A DNA stretch of 64,000 bases from an uncultured Actinomycetes bacterium (GTDB lineage: Bacteria; Actinomycetota; Thermoleophilia; RBG-16-64-13): NCBI GenBank assembly GCA_963841735.1, contig CAWJDT010000001.1, positions 352,001-416,000 of the forward strand, read 5' to 3'. Under the pieces are notes generated by a model. It worked only from the letters and a program-made list of their open reading frames with translations, searched no databases and had not been told where the DNA came from. The position numbers and the translations under genes are program-made. Shown piece by piece: positions 59,849-64,000 of this stretch (positions within the stretch are counted from its first letter, which is position 1; each line of letters begins with the position of its first letter).

Positions 59849-61540
59849 TCAGTCCTGGCTCAACCATATGCGCTCGACTGGGTACTCGCCGCTGTCGTAC
59901 ACACACCACACGTTGTCACGAACCTCAGGAGCTATGGCTATGTTGCCAACCAGCGCATAGAGCGGCGTCACCAGGGCGTAGTCGTCTATGGCCATCTTGT
60001 TCAGCTGTCGGTACAGGGCGTACCGCTGATCGAGATCGGTCTCGACCAACATGGTCCTGTACAGCTGGTTGAACTCATCCGGTATGAAGATGTGGTTGCC
60101 AAACTGATAGGCATCCTCGCTGAAGTAGGTCTTCAGCATGCTCGAGTACTCCACCGCGGGGTTGTAGGACAAGGACATGGCGCCCAGACCTTCCCAGCCT
60201 TTGGAGTTCATGGCGCTCCAAGTCGCGAAGTCCACCGGCCTCAGACTCACCTCGATGCCTACTTTGTCCAAGTTATCCTTCACCACAGTGAAAACTTGGT
60301 CGTAGTCCTCGGCCGAGAGATAGGTCAGTTCCGGCTTCCACGGGTTATCTGGAGTAATACCCACCTCTGCCAGCAGCTCCATCGCCTTCGTCGGGTTGTA
60401 GGGGTAGCCTACAATGTCGTCGTTCCAGGCTGCCTGCTGCCACCCCGCCTCGCCCGGGATGGCGAGTTGATTGGTGGGGTCGACGAAACCCTCGTACACT
60501 CCGGCTACGATGGTGGGCACGTCGATGGCGTAGCTTATGGCCTGACGCACCCTGATGTCGTTGTAGCGTGGATCGAGGTTGTCGGTGCTTATGGCCAATG
60601 TGTTCAGGGCCATGATGCGGCTCTGCAGGGTTCCACCAGCGGCCTCAAGCTCCGCGCTGTCGGTGAAATTCGCACCGTACATTATCTGACCCTCGCCGTT
60701 GAGGAACGCCGTCTTCCTACTCTGGTAGTCGGCGATGACCACGATCTTCACGGCATCCAGATACGGCAGACCTTCCTGCCAGTAATCATCGTTGCGCACG
60801 AAAGTCAGCTCAGAGGGAAACTTGTATTCCTGGAGCTTGAAGGGCCCTGTGCCCACCGGGTTCCTCTTGATCTTGACCGCACCGTACTCATCGTAGGCAG
60901 CCGGGGAGGTCATCTTGCCGCAACCCGACGGGTTCAGCCTCTGCACCAGGAGGGGGTCGGGCTCCGAGAGAGTCAGGCTAATGGTGTAGGTATCCAAGAC
61001 CTCGATGTTGGTCACAACGTCGAGGTCGGTCTTCGCACCATCTATCTGCATCTGCAGGTTCCACTTGGCCGCCTCAGCGTTGAAATCGGTGCCGTCGTGG
61101 AACCTCACGCCTTCCCGCAAGTGGAAGGTGACCTCTGTGAAGTCGGCATTGTATTCCCAACTGGTGGCCAGCTGAGGAACGGGGTTCCCATCCGGGTTTA
61201 TGCCAACGAGATTCTCAACGGCAAAACGAGCTGCCTGGAAATCCATGAAGCGGGTAGGTTCCCACCAAGCCCCGAAGTTGCTCGGTCCGTATTGGTGGAG
61301 TATCACCAAAGTCCCACCGTACTGCGGCGTCTCTCCGCTGGCAGGACCTTGCGGACCCTCCAGAATGGACCGGGGCACATCATCCGTTACAGAGGCACCG
61401 GTAGTGCCCGTAGCAACGGTAGTGGTGACGCCATCGTCAGTAGTGGAAGTTTCATCCTTCCCACAACCGACCGCCAGCGCCGCCAACATCGCCACCGCCA
61501 GGAGACACCCCAGCAGAACCAACCATCTTCTTGACTTCAC
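59849..61540 (-). CDS. Family 5 ABC substrate-binding lipoprotein
   Basis: Lipobox AVGC; FHLREGVRFHDGT.FNA, PVGTGPF, VRQAISYAID. Confidence 0.92.
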   Translation of the reverse strand: MKSRRWLVLLGCLLAVAMLAALAVGCGKDETSTTDDGVTTTVATGTTGASVTDDVPRSILEGPQGPASGETPQYGGTLVILHQYGPSNFGAWWEPTRFMDFQAARFAVENLVGINPDGNPVPQLATSWEYNADFTEVTFHLREGVRFHDGTDFNAEAAKWNLQMQIDGAKTDLDVVTNIEVLDTYTISLTLSEPDPLLVQRLNPSGCGKMTSPAAYDEYGAVKIKRNPVGTGPFKLQEYKFPSELTFVRNDDYWQEGLPYLDAVKIVVIADYQSRKTAFLNGEGQIMYGANFTDSAELEAAGGTLQSRIMALNTLAISTDNLDPRYNDIRVRQAISYAIDVPTIVAGVYEGFVDPTNQLAIPGEAGWQQAAWNDDIVGYPYNPTKAMELLAEVGITPDNPWKPELTYLSAEDYDQVFTVVKDNLDKVGIEVSLRPVDFATWSAMNSKGWEGLGAMSLSYNPAVEYSSMLKTYFSEDAYQFGNHIFIPDEFNQLYRTMLVETDLDQRYALYRQLNKMAIDDYALVTPLYALVGNIAIAPEVRDNVWCVYDSGEYPVERIWLSQD

Positions 61541-61673
61541 GACCCCTCCTTCTCTGGAACCTTAGTGAGTCTGGCTTCTCTCTGTTCAACCCGCTCATCG
61601 AGTCCTGCCACGCCGGGCATTCTTCCCTGTGCATCTGGAGCGACAGCCCGCTCAGCAGCAAGCCGAGCCGTCC

Positions 61674-61692
61674 GATAGTTAACGTTAACATC
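61674..61692. promoter_or_regulatory. LacI-family-like operator
   Basis: Perfect palindrome GTTAACGTTAAC (61678-61689) with central CG, ~140 bp upstream of the SBP start. Confidence 0.55.
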
Positions 61693-61778
61693 GTGGCATA
61701 CTCTGGACGTAACCGCAAGCCGCCACGTGTTCTGACGTGAGCCTGCCAGCCTACTTTGGGCTGCGTACAGGGCGCTTC

Positions 61779-64000
61779 TCAAGTGACCTCGATCTCCGCG
61801 GATAGGCGGAGGTCGCGCGAGGAGCGACCGACATGGGCCACATACTTGCCCGGCTCCACCCGCCAGCCACCGCACGTCCAGTGCCGGAAGCTCGTAGCCG
61901 GCACGGTCACGGGCACTGCCACTTCCTCACCGGGAGCGACGCTTGCCATTGCGAACCCTGCCAGCCACCTCAGTGGCCTCTCGACCTCGCTCTCAGGCTT
62001 TGACAAGTAGACCTGCACCGTCTCGCGTCCCGTTCGTACGCCCGTGTTCCGCACGCGCACCACAATGACACTCTCCCCAGCACCGGCGCCTTCGCAAACC
62101 GGCGCATCCACCGGCGCGTCGACTGCCACGTAATCCCAGGTGGTGTAGCCCAGACCGTGGCCGAACTCATACTGGGCCGCGCGGCCTCCACGGTCATAGC
62201 CGCGATAGCCCACGAAGAGGCCTTCACTATAGAGAAGCGTGCCGTCGACCGGCTTTACCGGAGCCACGCCGCATTCGTCGCGCGGCCAAGTCATGGGGAG
62301 CCGGCCCCCCGGTTCTTGCTCACCAAACAAGACGTCGGCCAAGGCGTTGCCGAGCTCCTGTCCGGGGAGCCACGCAAGCAGGATCGCGGGGACCTCCTCG
62401 GCCCACGGAAGGATCACCGGACCGGCGGCGTTCAGCACCACGATGGTGCGCGGATTCGCCTCTACTACCCGTCTGACCAGCTCATCTTGACGGCCGGGTA
62501 ACCCGAGACTCGGGCGATCGATCCCCTCTGCGTCGGCGTTGGAGTCATTGCCCAGCACCACGATCGCCGCATCTGCAGCTCTGGCGAAGGCGACGGCCTT
62601 TTCCAGCTCCTCCTCCTCGTCCCCGAAGGGGGTTGCCAACCTGATCTGGAACATAGAGAGAGGGCTGCCCGGCCTGAACGTGCCGACCTCGTGCGTGATC
62701 TCGATGTCGACACCCTGGCCCTGGTCCAACTCGACGCTGCACATACGCTGGGGCGGAAACGTAAAGCCTTCGGTGATATCGGCGCCGGGACGCAGCTTGT
62801 GATGCACCTCAAAGGCCTGCTGGCCATCAAGGCCAAACCGGTAGTGCCCGACTCCCGAGATCCCAACCGAGTGCGTCCCCGACTCCTGCGCCACTATCCG
62901 GCCGGTCACCCTCACCCAGGCGATGGCAGCCGTGTCCACTCCAGTTGCGAAATGCACCGTCCAGGCGAACTCCCCTGTGTTCCTCCGCTCACTCGCCAGC
63001 ACCACGCCGTCCCCGTCGAGGAAGTCGACCCTTACCCCTTCACCATCGTCGTCGGCCTGTCGCAGCCACGGGGCCCGGGCTATCGCGTGCCATTTGAAGG
63101 GCCGTACGCCCTCTGCGAACAGCAACCGCACTCCATCGCTCAGGGCCCCGGATATGCCTTCCAGAGGCGAGACGACGTGCACCGGGTAGACCTTGGCGCT
63201 TCCGCCGCCGTTGGCGCGGCCCTCTTGGCAGTTGGGGCCGATGACCGCGATAGACGACAATGCCTTCCTGTCAAGCGGCAACAGCTGTTCGGTGTTCCGG
63301 GCCAGGACGAAGCTCGCTGCCGCGGCAGCCCGCAGATCGCGGGCCTCACCGGCCTTGTCGCGTAGCGGAGCCGGTGCTTTGCCCGGAAACCCCTCCAGTG
63401 CACCGCAGCGGTAGGCCAGCCGCAGCAACCGGACGATCTTGTCGTCCAGAGTGGCTTCTGCCAACTCTCCCCGCCCCACTGCCTCTTTCAGCAGCTCGTT
63501 CCACGGCCCCCTGGGTCCGCCCTTGGGCCAAGGCATCGCGATGTCGAGCCCACCCGCGGCAGCAGCCACGGTGGGCGGCGTCGCCAAGAAGTCCGACATC
63601 ACCAGGCCGTCAAAGCCCCATTCTTCCTTGAGCACATCGCGCAGCGTGTGGCTTTCGCTCATGGACTCGCCGTTCACCAAGTTGTACGACGACATGACCA
63701 GCCAAGGCTCCGCCTCGCGGACGATGATCTCGAACGGAGTCATATAGACCTCGCGCATGGTCCGCTCGTCAACCACGACGTCGGCGGTCATACGCTCTGT
63801 CTCACTGTCGTTGGCGACGAAGTGCTTGACGGTGGCGGCAACGCCCGTCTTTTGCAGACCCCGTACGTAGCCGGCCCCCAGGCGACCGGTCAGCAGCGGG
63901 TCTTCACTGAAGTACTCAAAATGCCGGCCCGCGTATAGGCTGCGCTGTAGGTTGACGCACGGCGCAAGTGAGATGTCCACGCCCTTTTCGCGGGCATCAT
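61779..64000 (-). CDS. GH3 beta-glucosidase with PA14-like insert (5' end beyond the window)
   Basis: GRHFEYFSEDP, KHFVAND, VMSD nucleophile, PGQE.G, VGYR, FGHGLGYT. Confidence 0.92.
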   Translation of the reverse strand, partial: DAREKGVDISLAPCVNLQRSLYAGRHFEYFSEDPLLTGRLGAGYVRGLQKTGVAATVKHFVANDSETERMTADVVVDERTMREVYMTPFEIIVREAEPWLVMSSYNLVNGESMSESHTLRDVLKEEWGFDGLVMSDFLATPPTVAAAAGGLDIAMPWPKGGPRGPWNELLKEAVGRGELAEATLDDKIVRLLRLAYRCGALEGFPGKAPAPLRDKAGEARDLRAAAAASFVLARNTEQLLPLDRKALSSIAVIGPNCQEGRANGGGSAKVYPVHVVSPLEGISGALSDGVRLLFAEGVRPFKWHAIARAPWLRQADDDGEGVRVDFLDGDGVVLASERRNTGEFAWTVHFATGVDTAAIAWVRVTGRIVAQESGTHSVGISGVGHYRFGLDGQQAFEVHHKLRPGADITEGFTFPPQRMCSVELDQGQGVDIEITHEVGTFRPGSPLSMFQIRLATPFGDEEEELEKAVAFARAADAAIVVLGNDSNADAEGIDRPSLGLPGRQDELVRRVVEANPRTIVVLNAAGPVILPWAEEVPAILLAWLPGQELGNALADVLFGEQEPGGRLPMTWPRDECGVAPVKPVDGTLLYSEGLFVGYRGYDRGGRAAQYEFGHGLGYTTWDYVAVDAPVDAPVCEGAGAGESVIVVRVRNTGVRTGRETVQVYLSKPESEVERPLRWLAGFAMASVAPGEEVAVPVTVPATSFRHWTCGGWRVEPGKYVAHVGRSSRDLRLSAEIEVT

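Noticed and set aside
1-64000. tRNA, rRNA, CRISPR arrays and prophage genes
   Set aside because: None recognised by eye; a tRNAscan or Rfam run would be needed to exclude small RNAs

Overview
GC-rich bacterial window, probably from an anaerobic or facultative Actinomycetota-like organism such as Thermoleophilia. That host is inferred from composition and lipoprotein style only. Scattered frameshifts suggest long-read or MAG errors. From left to right it holds: an oxidative L-rhamnose operon (rhaB, rhamnose isomerase, aldA, lutC, lutB/CCG fusion, divergent rhaD); a xylose-type uptake and catabolism operon with an atypical isomerase; an ArsR-headed Ehr/hydrogenase-4-like membrane complex whose large subunit keeps both CxxC Ni-binding motifs; and a three-gene corrinoid protein / MT2-like / DUF1638-sensor module. 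Housekeeping and accessory genes follow. From about 37 to 52 kb there are two decayed integron loci on the minus strand. Each has an unannotated C-terminal IntI relic co-oriented with its cassettes, an attI-like region, attC sites and toxin-antitoxin cassettes. In the second locus an IS1111-type (IS110 family) element sits at a CT core just after the intI stop codon. Its downstream non-coding region folds into a bridge/seekRNA-like loop whose two guides match the insertion site, and an empty copy of that target lies at the first locus. The window also has a catechol-dehydroxylase-like molybdoenzyme, TetR and XRE modules, and an Opp-type ABC transporter next to a GH3 glycosidase that runs off the right edge.
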